Notes: generated by a model from the letters alone, not told the origin. A DNA stretch of 64,000 nt from Fervidicoccaceae archaeon (GCA_038734945.1 JAVYOA010000002.1:310001-374000); one strand, 5' to 3'. Counted from the stretch's first letter, positions 39,067-52,998 are shown. Made by a program: numbers and translations.

Positions 39067-40492
39067 GGAATCCTGCAGAAGGCATCTGATATCACTGTAT
39101 CCGGGAGTTGAGGAATATGCTGGAGCTAGGAGAAGGCTGAAAATCCTCTGCATTTTAACAGCGACTTCTCTTGTCATGATATCAATTGAGCTTGCTTTTA
39201 GAGCAAGCGCCTTCCCTCTCCTTATCCCCCTTCTCCTCTTTCCAATATTGACTGCACTTGAGATTTCTGCTGCTTTTGTGAGGAAAGCTCTGCTCAATGA
39301 AAGGCTTGAGCAGGAGCTTCCATTCCTGGTAGTTGCCTCTGCCTCTTTTTCCAGAACTGGGCTCGAGCTATCAGAGCTTCTAGAGCATGTTGCCAAGAGC
39401 AGCGTTTTCAGAGGAGCAAGGATGATAGGCGAGAAATACATAATTCTATCGAGATTATTTGGAAGGAATCAGGCCCTGAACTTTATCTCCAAAATTATTT
39501 CAGGAAAGAGCAGGTTCCTCCTATCGGAGTACAGCGTTTCTCTTTTAATAGGAACGTCAGTTCAGTTTCTCAGAGAGAGGGCAGGCGATATACTTAAGAG
39601 CTCAGAGACAATGGTTGACAGGGCAATCCAGCTCAGAGCAACAATTGCAATGATAGCAATAGTTCTCTATGGCCTATTTCCCAGCATCCTCATTGGAATG
39701 GCATTTATCCAGTCAATGAGCATCAGTGAGAGTGAAAACAGCTCTGGCTCCTTGGCCCTGCTCACAATGGGATTGACTTCCGCTAGCTTGCCTGCTGTTT
39801 TAGCTGCAATACCAGACTATCCTCTTTCCATGCTAGTTCTACTGTCCCAGAAGGCAAGCAAAATCTTTAGGGCTCTCTTCATAATTGGACTTATTGCTTT
39901 GATTTTGCCATCAGTGCTCCTCATCTATTTTCCGGAAGAGAGCTTCTCAGAGTTCGCTGTGATCTCTGCTGCAATCTCATGCATTCTCGGCATCCCATCT
40001 TTCTTTTATCCTCTTCTCTCAATTATAACTAGCAAGGTCGATCTCATAGCAGAGGAAATGTTGAACCATGCGAGAGTATGGAGGAGCCTTCACTTATTCA
40101 GATCCGCTGAGCTCGAAAGATTGGAAAGAAGGGATGTGAAGCCATGGATAGCAGAATTCATTGCTGAGATGCTGGAATTCTTCAGGGGCCTGGGAGACTG
40201 CAATCCCTCAATATTCGAGACTTTCGTTTCATTTATCAGTGAGAGCAGGAGAAGTGCTATGCGATTTACTATGAGTCTAGTACTCCTCATGATAGCTTCC
40301 ATAGCTTCCCCTATAATGAATGCAATGATTATCAGAATTTCTCCAGCCCCCAATAGCTCTCTATTGCTATCAGGGTATGTGAGCACGATTGCCATGGGAT
40401 TAATCGCGGGAAAGCTCTCCATAGGTAAAAACATGAGCACTTTTCTCCCGTCCATTTCCGCAATGCTCTATATCATTCTCGCCCCTCTCTGA
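39020..40492 (+). CDS. TadB/TadC-like pilus platform membrane protein
   Basis: Multi-TM protein with LEQELPF...S..G..L motif; directly follows the ATPase. Confidence 0.78.
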   Translation: MLHMVEMKLRISHKLRESCRRHLISLYPGVEEYAGARRRLKILCILTATSLVMISIELAFRASAFPLLIPLLLFPILTALEISAAFVRKALLNERLEQELPFLVVASASFSRTGLELSELLEHVAKSSVFRGARMIGEKYIILSRLFGRNQALNFISKIISGKSRFLLSEYSVSLLIGTSVQFLRERAGDILKSSETMVDRAIQLRATIAMIAIVLYGLFPSILIGMAFIQSMSISESENSSGSLALLTMGLTSASLPAVLAAIPDYPLSMLVLLSQKASKIFRALFIIGLIALILPSVLLIYFPEESFSEFAVISAAISCILGIPSFFYPLLSIITSKVDLIAEEMLNHARVWRSLHLFRSAELERLERRDVKPWIAEFIAEMLEFFRGLGDCNPSIFETFVSFISESRRSAMRFTMSLVLLMIASIASPIMNAMIIRISPAPNSSLLLSGYVSTIAMGLIAGKLSIGKNMSTFLPSISAMLYIILAPL

Positions 40493-40523
40493 GCATAATC
40501 TACCTGAATTTTCATGGAAGGGG

Positions 40524-42509
40524 ATGGATTTTGCTTTTCAAGAAGCCAATGGTTTATCCCATCCAGAAAAGATTCTCTCATATTTTATCTGCGTGATCAA
40601 GATGCTCCTCGAGATATTTCCCAGACTAAAAGGGACAAAGCTCAACATCAACATCTTAGGACCAAGCTTCACATTCTGCATAATGAAAGATTCCGCTAAG
40701 CTCCACATACTGCTGGATACATCGACGTCGCCAAACACACTGCGAACCTACTTTGAATCTAGGCAGTTTAGCTACGATAATTTCCTGGAAGCACTAGGAA
40801 GATCAGTCTATGCATCTGAGGCAAGGCTCAAGAGAGAGGAAGATTTTTGGCTTGGCAATTTCAGCATCTCAGATCTTCCGGGAACTATGGATTCACTTGA
40901 CTATCCATCTGCTGTGTGCTTATCTATCTCGAGGAGCTTGGAGCTCAGCAGGATTTTTTTGAAGCATTCAGCAGGACTCATCAAGAGGGCATCGAAAAAC
41001 GGAGATTACTTTCTCAGATCACAGGCTGAAATCTTTCGAAATATTATGAATAGGGTCCTACTCTTGAAATTAGTTCTGCTGGCTGGGGGAAGAGAAGATA
41101 TTAGAAAAATAGAGAAGCTGATTGATTCCCTTTCTATCGCTAAGCTCAGCTGGATGCGACACATTGTGAATACAAGTCAAGAAATATCGGAGCTTCTGAA
41201 GCCCCCCACAATTAGCCTTTTCGAAACTCTCATTGGGAAGACTAGAAAGATAACAGTTCTCGAGGAAAATTTGAGAGAGATGATTTTCCTTCCGGATCCC
41301 TCCATTTACAGAATAGACTTTTCCAGAGGTTCCCCTCTGCCCCTTCTCTCTGCAGAGAGAGTTGGAAAGAGAGCGTTCAGGATTGGTCTGCTTGAGAATG
41401 GAAAGGAGTTTAGATTGAGCGTTGAGGATCTCTACAGGCATACATACATAATTGGACGAACTGGCTCAGGAAAAACCAGCTTCATGAAGCTCCTAGTTCA
41501 CAGGATGAATGATCTGGGCGATCTCTCGCTGATTGTCGTGGATCCTCACGGAGATATGGCTAAGGAGCTTGCCGAGGAAGCTGCAAATTCAAAATATTTC
41601 CATCCAATCAACAGCCCGTTTGGCATAAACCCCCTTGATTTGCCGAATATGAATAGCAGAGAGCACGCTGTTTCAATAGCTGTGGATGTTGCTCTAGAGA
41701 TCTTCAGGGATGTGCTTAGACTCACTGAAAGCGCTGTGAATGTTAAATACATGCTCCAGGTGATCCTCAGAATTCTGTATGAAAAAAATGACTCGCCAAC
41801 TCTCGCGCAGCTCTATGATATGATATTGGATCTTCATGAGGGGAAAATAGAGAGGATCACAAGCGATGAAAAATGGGAAAAGCAGCTCAGAGTTCTTCAG
41901 AGGATGCAGAGCCAGAGCTTCATCTCAGCTCTCTCGAGGCTGGAGCCATTTGCACATGACAAGCTCCTCCTTAGAATAACCAGCAGAACAACTGTTGATT
42001 TCAGCGAGCTCATGCAGCCAGGGTCTCTTGCTCTATTCTCTGTTCCCAAGGCTGACCTTGGAGAGCACCTAGCTAAGCTCATTGCATCAGCTATAATTAT
42101 GAAGCTCTGGTTTCAAATTCTTGCGAGAGCGAGAAGTGATGAGAAGAGAACTCCCGTGTTCTTGGTTGTGGATGAATTCCAATTCATAGCTGATTTCCCG
42201 ATTATTGATACTATTCTATCGGAAGCTAGAAAGTTCGGGTTGCATTTAGTGATGGCCCACCAACACACTGGACAGATCTCGAGGGAACTATTTCAGTCAA
42301 TTATGACCAACTGCGCTGTGAAAGTCAGCTTCGCAGTCGAGGGGGAAGATGTAGCAAGACTCTCCACAATGGATGCTGCTTTTTCAGAGGCCATAGAGAG
42401 AAGCCTTGGCTCCCTCACTGTTGGAAAAGGCATTGTAAAAATAACTGGAAATTCTGGAGAGCAGCAGCCGCCTCCTGCAATCGTTACCTTTGATTATATT
42501 GAGAAATAG
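40524..42509 (+). CDS. VirD4/TraD-like coupling-protein ATPase (HerA/FtsK superfamily)
   Basis: RHTYIIGRTGSGKT, VVDPHGD, INPL, VVDEFQ, LSEARKFGL.L.MAHQ...QI, N. Confidence 0.8.
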   Translation: MDFAFQEANGLSHPEKILSYFICVIKMLLEIFPRLKGTKLNINILGPSFTFCIMKDSAKLHILLDTSTSPNTLRTYFESRQFSYDNFLEALGRSVYASEARLKREEDFWLGNFSISDLPGTMDSLDYPSAVCLSISRSLELSRIFLKHSAGLIKRASKNGDYFLRSQAEIFRNIMNRVLLLKLVLLAGGREDIRKIEKLIDSLSIAKLSWMRHIVNTSQEISELLKPPTISLFETLIGKTRKITVLEENLREMIFLPDPSIYRIDFSRGSPLPLLSAERVGKRAFRIGLLENGKEFRLSVEDLYRHTYIIGRTGSGKTSFMKLLVHRMNDLGDLSLIVVDPHGDMAKELAEEAANSKYFHPINSPFGINPLDLPNMNSREHAVSIAVDVALEIFRDVLRLTESAVNVKYMLQVILRILYEKNDSPTLAQLYDMILDLHEGKIERITSDEKWEKQLRVLQRMQSQSFISALSRLEPFAHDKLLLRITSRTTVDFSELMQPGSLALFSVPKADLGEHLAKLIASAIIMKLWFQILARARSDEKRTPVFLVVDEFQFIADFPIIDTILSEARKFGLHLVMAHQHTGQISRELFQSIMTNCAVKVSFAVEGEDVARLSTMDAAFSEAIERSLGSLTVGKGIVKITGNSGEQQPPPAIVTFDYIEK

Positions 42510-42604
42510 CGCTAGGAGAATTTTCGTTTCAGATTTTTCTATTGAACGTTAAAGAATGTCGTACTGCAGAAAAAGCAGTGCGTTTCATCTGAATGAGCAG
42601 ATTT

Positions 42605-42634
42605 GACCTCCCCGCACTAAAGGATGAGGCTTTC
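42605..42634. mobile_element. Solo IS200/IS605-type terminal hairpin remnant
   Basis: GACCTCCCCGCACTAAAGGATGAGGCTTTC resembles the CTCCCCGCCCTAAAGGGCGAGGCTT end palindrome of archaeal IS605-group elements; no transposase nearby. Confidence 0.55.
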
Positions 42635-42677
42635 GATATGTAAAGAGCCATTTTTTAAAAAACAACAATTTCTTTGT

Positions 42678-43073
42678 TTATCCAACAATTTCCCTTATTT
42701 CCTTGATGATCGTGTTCTCAATATGTTGAGTCCAAAGCATTTCAGGTATATCTATAGCGAGGAAGAGCCAAGTTAGAAGGATCGCTTCTGCAGCTGCTAC
42801 CGCAATATTTTGGATCCACTTTCCTATTCCAATATGAATTGTGAAGTCATTTGGCTGCCCCGCTATTAGAATTGTGAATGCTCTATCTGCTGTTATAATA
42901 TCACGCAAGATGCCTTCCTTCTTTGCCTGGATCACTATTCCTGCAGGAACAGTGGCCACCTGTGTTTTGTATCCATCGCTCTCTAATTTCTGAGCAATCT
43001 GCTGAGCTAACTGATTCAGATCCTTATTTTTGCCTTGGAATCTCAGCACCTTTTCTGAAACCAAATTTAGCAC
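42678..43073 (-). CDS. Hypothetical protein (small alpha/beta domain plus one hydrophobic segment)
   Basis: 131-aa ORF with GAGGTG RBS and upstream TATA-like TTTAAA. Confidence 0.7.
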   Translation of the reverse strand: MLNLVSEKVLRFQGKNKDLNQLAQQIAQKLESDGYKTQVATVPAGIVIQAKKEGILRDIITADRAFTILIAGQPNDFTIHIGIGKWIQNIAVAAAEAILLTWLFLAIDIPEMLWTQHIENTIIKEIREIVG

Positions 43074-43225
43074 CTCATTGATAAATAAAACAGCTCTTCT
43101 ATTGTTTAAACTTTTGCTTTTTTCAAAAACTTCAATTCTATTTCATTTTTTCCGATTTAGAAACTATATATATTCTCTCCAATCTTGGGAGTCTTTCTTC
43201 TTGGAATTGGTTTCTCAAAAGTGAA

Positions 43226-43301
43226 TGCGGCGGCCGGGATTTGAACCCGGGATTGCCGGCGTGGCAGGCCGGCGTCCTAATCCAGGCTAGACGACCGCCG
43301 C
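43226..43301 (-). tRNA. tRNA-Gly(GCC); CCA not encoded
   Basis: Reverse complement GCGGCGG...CCGGC-CT-GCC-AC-GCCGG...GGTTCAAATCC...CCGCCGCA. Confidence 0.96.
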
Positions 43302-43402
43302 TTCCAATAATTCTAGAATCACAAGAGCTTTTTAAATTAATTGCTTTTTCCGCAAAGACAATTAACTGCATTTGACCATGAACACACAGGAGGGATGACG
43401 GC

Positions 43403-44344
43403 ATGAGCACTGGAAACTTCAACTACTATTGGAACTGGTTCGTAGAATGGATTGCTGATGGAGATGCCTCGCTCAGAGCTTCCTCAAGAGTATATGCATT
43501 TGAAAAAACTCCCTATCAAAGCGTTATGGTTGTAGAGCTTGTTTCCTTGGGAAAAACTCTGATAATTGATGGAAAAGTTCAGTCAAGCCTGTACGATGAG
43601 CACATATATCATGAGAGCCTTGTCCATCCACCTCTAATAACTCACGGCCTCCCCGAGAAAGTCCTAATTCTGGGAGGAGGAGAGGGAGCTACATTGAGGG
43701 AAGTTCTGAGGTACAGAACTGTCCGCGAGGTGCACATGGTTGATATAGACGAGAAAGTTGTTGAGTTCTCTAGAAACTTTCTGAAGGAGTGGCACAGAGG
43801 AGCGTTTGATGATCCAAGAACGAGAATCATAATAGCAGATGGAAGAAAGTTCGTTGAGGAAGCTGCTGCGAGGGGAGAGAAGTACGATGCTGTCATAATA
43901 GATCTGGTTGATCCATTGAGCGGAGGACCAGCAGTTAAGCTCTACACAAGAGAGTTCTATCATCTTATAGGAAAAATTCTTGAAGATGATGGAGTGATGG
44001 TCACACAGGCAACAAGCCCCATTCTATATCAGAGAATGTATGCTGTGATCCTCAATACTGTAGCTTCTGCTTTCTCAATAGCAAGACCTTATTTAACATA
44101 CATCAGAAGCTACAACGGTCCATGGGGATTTGTCTACGGTTCCAATAAAAAAGATCCTCTTGCTTTACAACCAGAGGAAATTAACAAGAGAATTTCCTCA
44201 CTGCTAAGCACCCCCAGCGAATTGAAATTCTACGACGGAGAAACCCATGAAGCTCTATTCAAGATAACAAAGAACATCAGAGATGGTCTAAAAAGCTGGA
44301 GAGAAGTTTCAACTGATGAATCCCCAAAGTACATTGACATCTAG
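43403..44344 (+). CDS. speE: Polyamine aminopropyltransferase (spermidine synthase)
   Basis: TPYQ, L.IDGKVQS, YHESLVHP, LILGGGEGATLRE, VDID, DG..FV, D..DP. Confidence 0.95.
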   Translation: MSTGNFNYYWNWFVEWIADGDASLRASSRVYAFEKTPYQSVMVVELVSLGKTLIIDGKVQSSLYDEHIYHESLVHPPLITHGLPEKVLILGGGEGATLREVLRYRTVREVHMVDIDEKVVEFSRNFLKEWHRGAFDDPRTRIIIADGRKFVEEAAARGEKYDAVIIDLVDPLSGGPAVKLYTREFYHLIGKILEDDGVMVTQATSPILYQRMYAVILNTVASAFSIARPYLTYIRSYNGPWGFVYGSNKKDPLALQPEEINKRISSLLSTPSELKFYDGETHEALFKITKNIRDGLKSWREVSTDESPKYIDI

Positions 44345-44436
44345 TTTTTTGATGACAAAAATTCTTGGTTTTTTAGCAACCTTCCCCTGCTGTTTATTTT
44401 TTATAATGATTTAAGCTAATATTCCGTCGAAATCAA

Positions 44437-44443
44437 TATAAAG
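44437..44443 (+). promoter_or_regulatory. TATA box upstream of the GC-rich hairpin RNA
   Basis: TATAAAG about 30 nt before the abrupt start of GC-rich sequence at 44468. Confidence 0.5.
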
Positions 44444-44467
44444 CCTTCAACTTCTATAATATTAAAT

Positions 44468-44608
44468 GGACTCTCCGGGAGCTCAGAGGCTCGCCGCGGC
44501 CTTAGCCCGGCGGCACAGCCGCAACATGGAGCGATTTGCTCCTAGAATGAGCGGGCTGTCTCCGGCTGCGGGAAAACTTCTGCCTCTGGGCGAGTACCGG
44601 GGACAGCA
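44468..44608 (+). ncRNA. Putative structured RNA (long irregular hairpin) upstream of the rRNA operon
   Basis: Nested stems 44472-78/44597-603, 44481-90/44582-91 and 44494-501/44564-71, plus inner ACAGCC/GGCTGT and GGAGC/GCTCC; GC island between AT-rich promoter tracts. Confidence 0.5.
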
Positions 44609-44614
44609 AAAATC

Positions 44615-44621
44615 TTATAAG
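44615..44621 (+). promoter_or_regulatory. TATA box of the rRNA operon
   Basis: TTATAAG preceded by an A-rich BRE-like tract and followed by the structured 16S leader. Confidence 0.55.
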
Positions 44622-44788
44622 CCAATTAGAATAATTCGAGTAATCGCAATCAAGATGACGGCTCGAGGAGACCCCGCAGGTGCGGGGAAAACTCGGGTCC
44701 GAGATAGGCTGCGCGAGAATCCCCAAAATCAGGTTGGGGGTGGCGCAGAATTCCACCAAGGGATTCATCCCCCCAACCTTGCGGCCGA

Positions 44789-46290
<1,502 letters not shown>

Positions 46291-46427
46291 GGTGGCTACA
46301 GGAGGTTGGGGGGATATGACCTTGGTGGGACTGCAGAGCCACTTCTCGCGCGGCCTATCTATTTCCATGCAGCTCGAGACAATGTCTCGGGCGAAGGGCT
46401 GAGGGAGGAGAGATCATCCTCTCAATG

Positions 46428-49630
<3,203 letters not shown>

Positions 49631-49712
49631 GTTAGAACATAAATTTCTGCTATTCTGATATATACTAGGTCTTTTATTCGCTTTTTCTTTCATAAAGCTT
49701 GCGGGGATTCAC

Positions 49713-50618
49713 TTGATTCCAACTCCCATTGAACTCATCAACAAAGTTCATCCAACTCCAATTGTAAAGCTTAGGAACAGGATTAATGATTCTGCTCTCT
49801 ACGCTAAGCTCGAGTTCTTCAATCCGTTTTCGCAGAGCATAAAGGATAGACCCGCCAAGCGCATTCTCGAGGAAGCCATCAGCTCTTCTCTTCCAAAAAA
49901 GATCTATGAGGCAAGCTCTGGAAACTTTGCTATAGCTTTGACACTTCTCTCAAACGCATATGGCATTCCAGTTAGAATATACCTCCCCAAGGGCTCTCCA
50001 ACGTCCACTCAGTCACTGCTGAAATTGCTTGGAGCTGAGGTAGTAATAACAGATTTTGATAGCATAAATCCTGAAATGATTGAAATGGTGAAAGAGGAAG
50101 CCGAGAGAGATGGTGCTGTGAATCTAAACCAGTTTGAGAACGATCTAAATCCTCAGACTCACTATGAGGAAACCGGAAAAGAGCTTGTGGAGCAATTGCT
50201 AGAGGAGGGGGTGAAGCCAACTCATCTCATTGTTGGTCTTGGGACTACAGGGACGCTTTGGGGTGTGGTGAGGAGAGTGGAGGAAGTGAGAGAGTGGCGT
50301 GGAATTAAGATAATTGGCGTTCAGCCAGCTAAGGGATCAAAAATTCCTGGAATAAAGAGAATAGAATCCAGGCCAAAGTGGATTGGAATGGTAGAGCTAA
50401 ATGAGATCTTGGATGTCAGCGATCGAGAGGCTGCACTGGGAGCAATAGAGGTTGGCAGAAAAGAGGGATTGCCCATAGGGCTTTCCTCTGGAGCTGTTTA
50501 TATTGCTTATAAGAAAATAGCAGAAAGAGAGAGGGGAGTTTTTGTGACAATATTTCCCGACTCCATCTACAAGTATGTTGAAGTTCTGCAGAAGCTGGTT
50601 GGTGAGGCATTAAGGTGA
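49713..50618 (+). CDS. cysK: Cysteine synthase family (O-acetyl/O-phosphoserine sulfhydrylase)
   Basis: PTP, AKLEFFNPFSQSIKDR (PLP Lys), EASSGN, NQFEN..N...H, GLGTTGT, IPG, GLSSGA, FPD. Confidence 0.88.
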   Translation: MIPTPIELINKVHPTPIVKLRNRINDSALYAKLEFFNPFSQSIKDRPAKRILEEAISSSLPKKIYEASSGNFAIALTLLSNAYGIPVRIYLPKGSPTSTQSLLKLLGAEVVITDFDSINPEMIEMVKEEAERDGAVNLNQFENDLNPQTHYEETGKELVEQLLEEGVKPTHLIVGLGTTGTLWGVVRRVEEVREWRGIKIIGVQPAKGSKIPGIKRIESRPKWIGMVELNEILDVSDREAALGAIEVGRKEGLPIGLSSGAVYIAYKKIAERERGVFVTIFPDSIYKYVEVLQKLVGEALR

Positions 50619-51082
50619 TGGCATCAAAGCTTCTGAGGAGAACAGCCCTGGCAAATATAGGGGATCTTCTCCCCCATGAGATGATAAGCGAGCAAACAGT
50701 CAATCTAGTGCAGAAGATGATTGCTAGCGATGGAGCTTTCAAAGTTCCGGTTCTTGTTGACAGCGAGTTTGGAATAATACTCGATGGACATCACAGAGTT
50801 GAAGCACTTAGAAGGCTCGGAATAAAGCTGGCTCCTGTCTATATTGTGGACTATCGCTCAAACGACATACTCGTCTTCTCAAGAAGGAAGGAGATAATTG
50901 TAACAAAGAATGAAGTTATAAGAAGAGCCCTGAGAGGTGACCTATATCCATATAAGACAACTAGACATGTGGTTGTTGGGGGAAGCATGCCTTGCTCACT
51001 TATATACCTAGATGAGCTGAGAGGGGAGAGAGCCCCCCTGCCTATTGTGAGCTTTCAAAGGAAAGCTTTCTCATTGGGATGA
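50615..51082 (+). CDS. ParB/Srx-fold protein, compact SerK/SbnI-like free serine kinase candidate
   Basis: LLPHE, ILDGHHR, VDY, LYPYKTTRH; GTGA overlap with cysteine synthase. Confidence 0.7.
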   Translation: MMASKLLRRTALANIGDLLPHEMISEQTVNLVQKMIASDGAFKVPVLVDSEFGIILDGHHRVEALRRLGIKLAPVYIVDYRSNDILVFSRRKEIIVTKNEVIRRALRGDLYPYKTTRHVVVGGSMPCSLIYLDELRGERAPLPIVSFQRKAFSLG

Positions 51083-51503
51083 TGAACGTTTTAAGAATGC
51101 TATCTCCTGGATCAAGCCTAGCATAGCCCATGGGAGGGATCCAGTTTGGATAGATCATCCTTATTTCTCTCAGCGAGATGAAGACCTTGTACAGCCTCGG
51201 ATGCCTAATTTCAATGGCAACAGCACTTTTTGATCCCTGAATGAACATCTTTGACTCCGGAGATATGCCCTCTGGATTCCTCCTTCTTACATATCTCCAA
51301 ATTTCCTCTGGAGTGCCGATCCTTATTTTTCCTATAGTAAATTCCCCCCAGATCTCCTTTACCCTCCCACTCACATATACTATGGCCACGCTTCCCTCTT
51401 CCAGTCCTGTTCCCCTTCCTCTCCTTAGCTCAAACTTTTTTCTTCTATCGAATATTGCTCTTGCATACTCAGGCCGAACCGAAAACATGTAGAATGTGCT
51501 CAA
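51042..51503 (-). CDS. ASCH/PUA-domain protein
   Basis: SVRPEYA..IF..RKKFELRR, VY.S....I.GEF, PPMGY. Confidence 0.8.
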   Translation of the reverse strand: MSTFYMFSVRPEYARAIFDRRKKFELRRGRGTGLEEGSVAIVYVSGRVKEIWGEFTIGKIRIGTPEEIWRYVRRRNPEGISPESKMFIQGSKSAVAIEIRHPRLYKVFISLREIRMIYPNWIPPMGYARLDPGDSILKTFIIPMRKLSFESSQ

Positions 51504-51702
51504 AGCACATCGGCCTCCCAGTTTTTCAATTCAGATTCGCAATTTTCATTGACCCTCCTACCAAATCAAAGCTCCTTCCTTTATAATTTCATCCTCTCTC
51601 GCCATGAAGCTTAAATCTCCTGACCTCCATAGCTCTAGAGAAAACGGAGCTCATGGCTGCAAAATTTTAATTCAAGGAGTTTAATAAAAGTGGAGTGAAT
51701 GA

Positions 51703-52533
51703 TTGGAGGATGTGGATTTGAGCAGGAGAATCGTCATAACAAATGATGATGGGATCTATAGCCCAGGGCTCAAGATACTTCATGATTCGGTTTCTGGCCT
51801 GGGAGAAGTCAACGTAATTGCACCAGAAACGCCGAAGAGCAGTACTGGACTAGGACTCACCCTGCACAAGCCTCTCAGAGTGATGAGAATTAAGCTCTGG
51901 GGAGAAAAACCTCTTATAGCAGTAAGTGGAACTCCTAGCGATATAATACACATTTCGGTCCATATACTAAATGGAAGACCTGACCTCGTTCTCTCAGGGA
52001 TAAATGTGGGAGATAACACTAGCCTTCAGGTTATTCTTTCATCTGGAACAGTTGGGGCAGCGATGCAGGCATCTCTCCTGGGAATACCGAGCATCGCATT
52101 GAGCGCAGATGTCAGATCACCGGAGGAACTATTGAGGAAAAGCTACAGAAAGGGTGTAATGGCTGTGTCAAGAGCAATAGCTACCTATGTGCTTGAGAGA
52201 GGAATGCCAAAGGGCTTCGATCTGATTTCTGTCAACTTTCCCTCAGTTGTCGGAAAGAAGACAAGGGTAAAAATAGCTAAGCCTGCTAGAGTTAGATTTG
52301 CTCAGTACACGGAGAGAAGAATAGATCCCCAGGGAAGGCCGTACTTCTGGATATATGGAGAGCCCACATCTCCCGAGCAGGGAACAGATGCCTATGTAGT
52401 ATTGGTAGAGAAGAACATTGCAATCACTCCGCTTTCTCTGAATCTGAGCTCATGCCAAGAGACAGAGGAAATAATTGAGCCAATGAGGGCTGAAGCTGAG
52501 AGGGCTCTGGAAACTGGAATCTCCGGCACATAA
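51703..52533 (+). CDS. surE: 5'/3'-nucleotidase SurE
   Basis: TNDDGIYSPG, SGTP.D, SGIN.G.N, SSGTVGAA, ITPL. Confidence 0.95.
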   Translation: MEDVDLSRRIVITNDDGIYSPGLKILHDSVSGLGEVNVIAPETPKSSTGLGLTLHKPLRVMRIKLWGEKPLIAVSGTPSDIIHISVHILNGRPDLVLSGINVGDNTSLQVILSSGTVGAAMQASLLGIPSIALSADVRSPEELLRKSYRKGVMAVSRAIATYVLERGMPKGFDLISVNFPSVVGKKTRVKIAKPARVRFAQYTERRIDPQGRPYFWIYGEPTSPEQGTDAYVVLVEKNIAITPLSLNLSSCQETEEIIEPMRAEAERALETGISGT

Positions 52534-52581
52534 AAAACAATATTTACTTTTATAAGAAAAACAGGAAAGAGGTATTGTGCC

Positions 52582-52980
52582 ATGAGCATAGTTTATACCT
52601 CGCTCGGAGATGTGAAGGTGGGTTCATATATAGTAATAGATGGCGAGCCCTGCAGAGTTGTGGAGATAACAAAGGCAAAGACTGGAAAGCATGGAAGCGC
52701 AAAGGCTCACGTTGTAGCAATAGGTCTATTCAGCGGCAGCAAGAAGACGATAACTGCTCCTGTTGATCAGAGGGTTGAGCAGCCGATAATAGAAAAGAGG
52801 GTTGCCCAGGTAATTTCGGACCTTGGAAAATCCTTCCAGCTAATGGATCTTGAGACATATGATACATTTGAGGTTCCAAAGCCGGAGGACCCAGAGCTTG
52901 CTGGGAAAATAGCACCTGGAAAAGATGTTGAATACTGGGAAGTAATGGGAAGAAGGATCATTGTGAGAACAAGAGGATGA
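52582..52980 (+). CDS. eif5A: Translation factor aIF5A
   Basis: Hypusine motif [10 protein letters not shown]. Confidence 0.97.
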   Translation: MSIVYTSLGDVKVGSYIVIDGEPCRVVEITKAKTGKHGSAKAHVVAIGLFSGSKKTITAPVDQRVEQPIIEKRVAQVISDLGKSFQLMDLETYDTFEVPKPEDPELAGKIAPGKDVEYWEVMGRRIIVRTRG

Positions 52981-52998
52981 AAGAGGATTGAATGATAG

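Noticed and set aside
34160..40492. Archaellum operon
   Set aside because: No ArlH (KaiC-like), ArlF/G or archaellin-like N-terminus; the genes fit a pilus
24043..43301. Integrated conjugative element inserted at tRNA-Gly
   Set aside because: No duplicate of the tRNA 3' end at the left border and no integrase seen by eye; the only similar sequences are other tRNA T-arms. An old, decayed integration is not excluded
44468..44608. Canonical H/ACA guide RNA call
   Set aside because: ACA follows the basal stem, but the position 14-16 nt upstream falls inside a 10-bp helix rather than a pseudouridylation pocket
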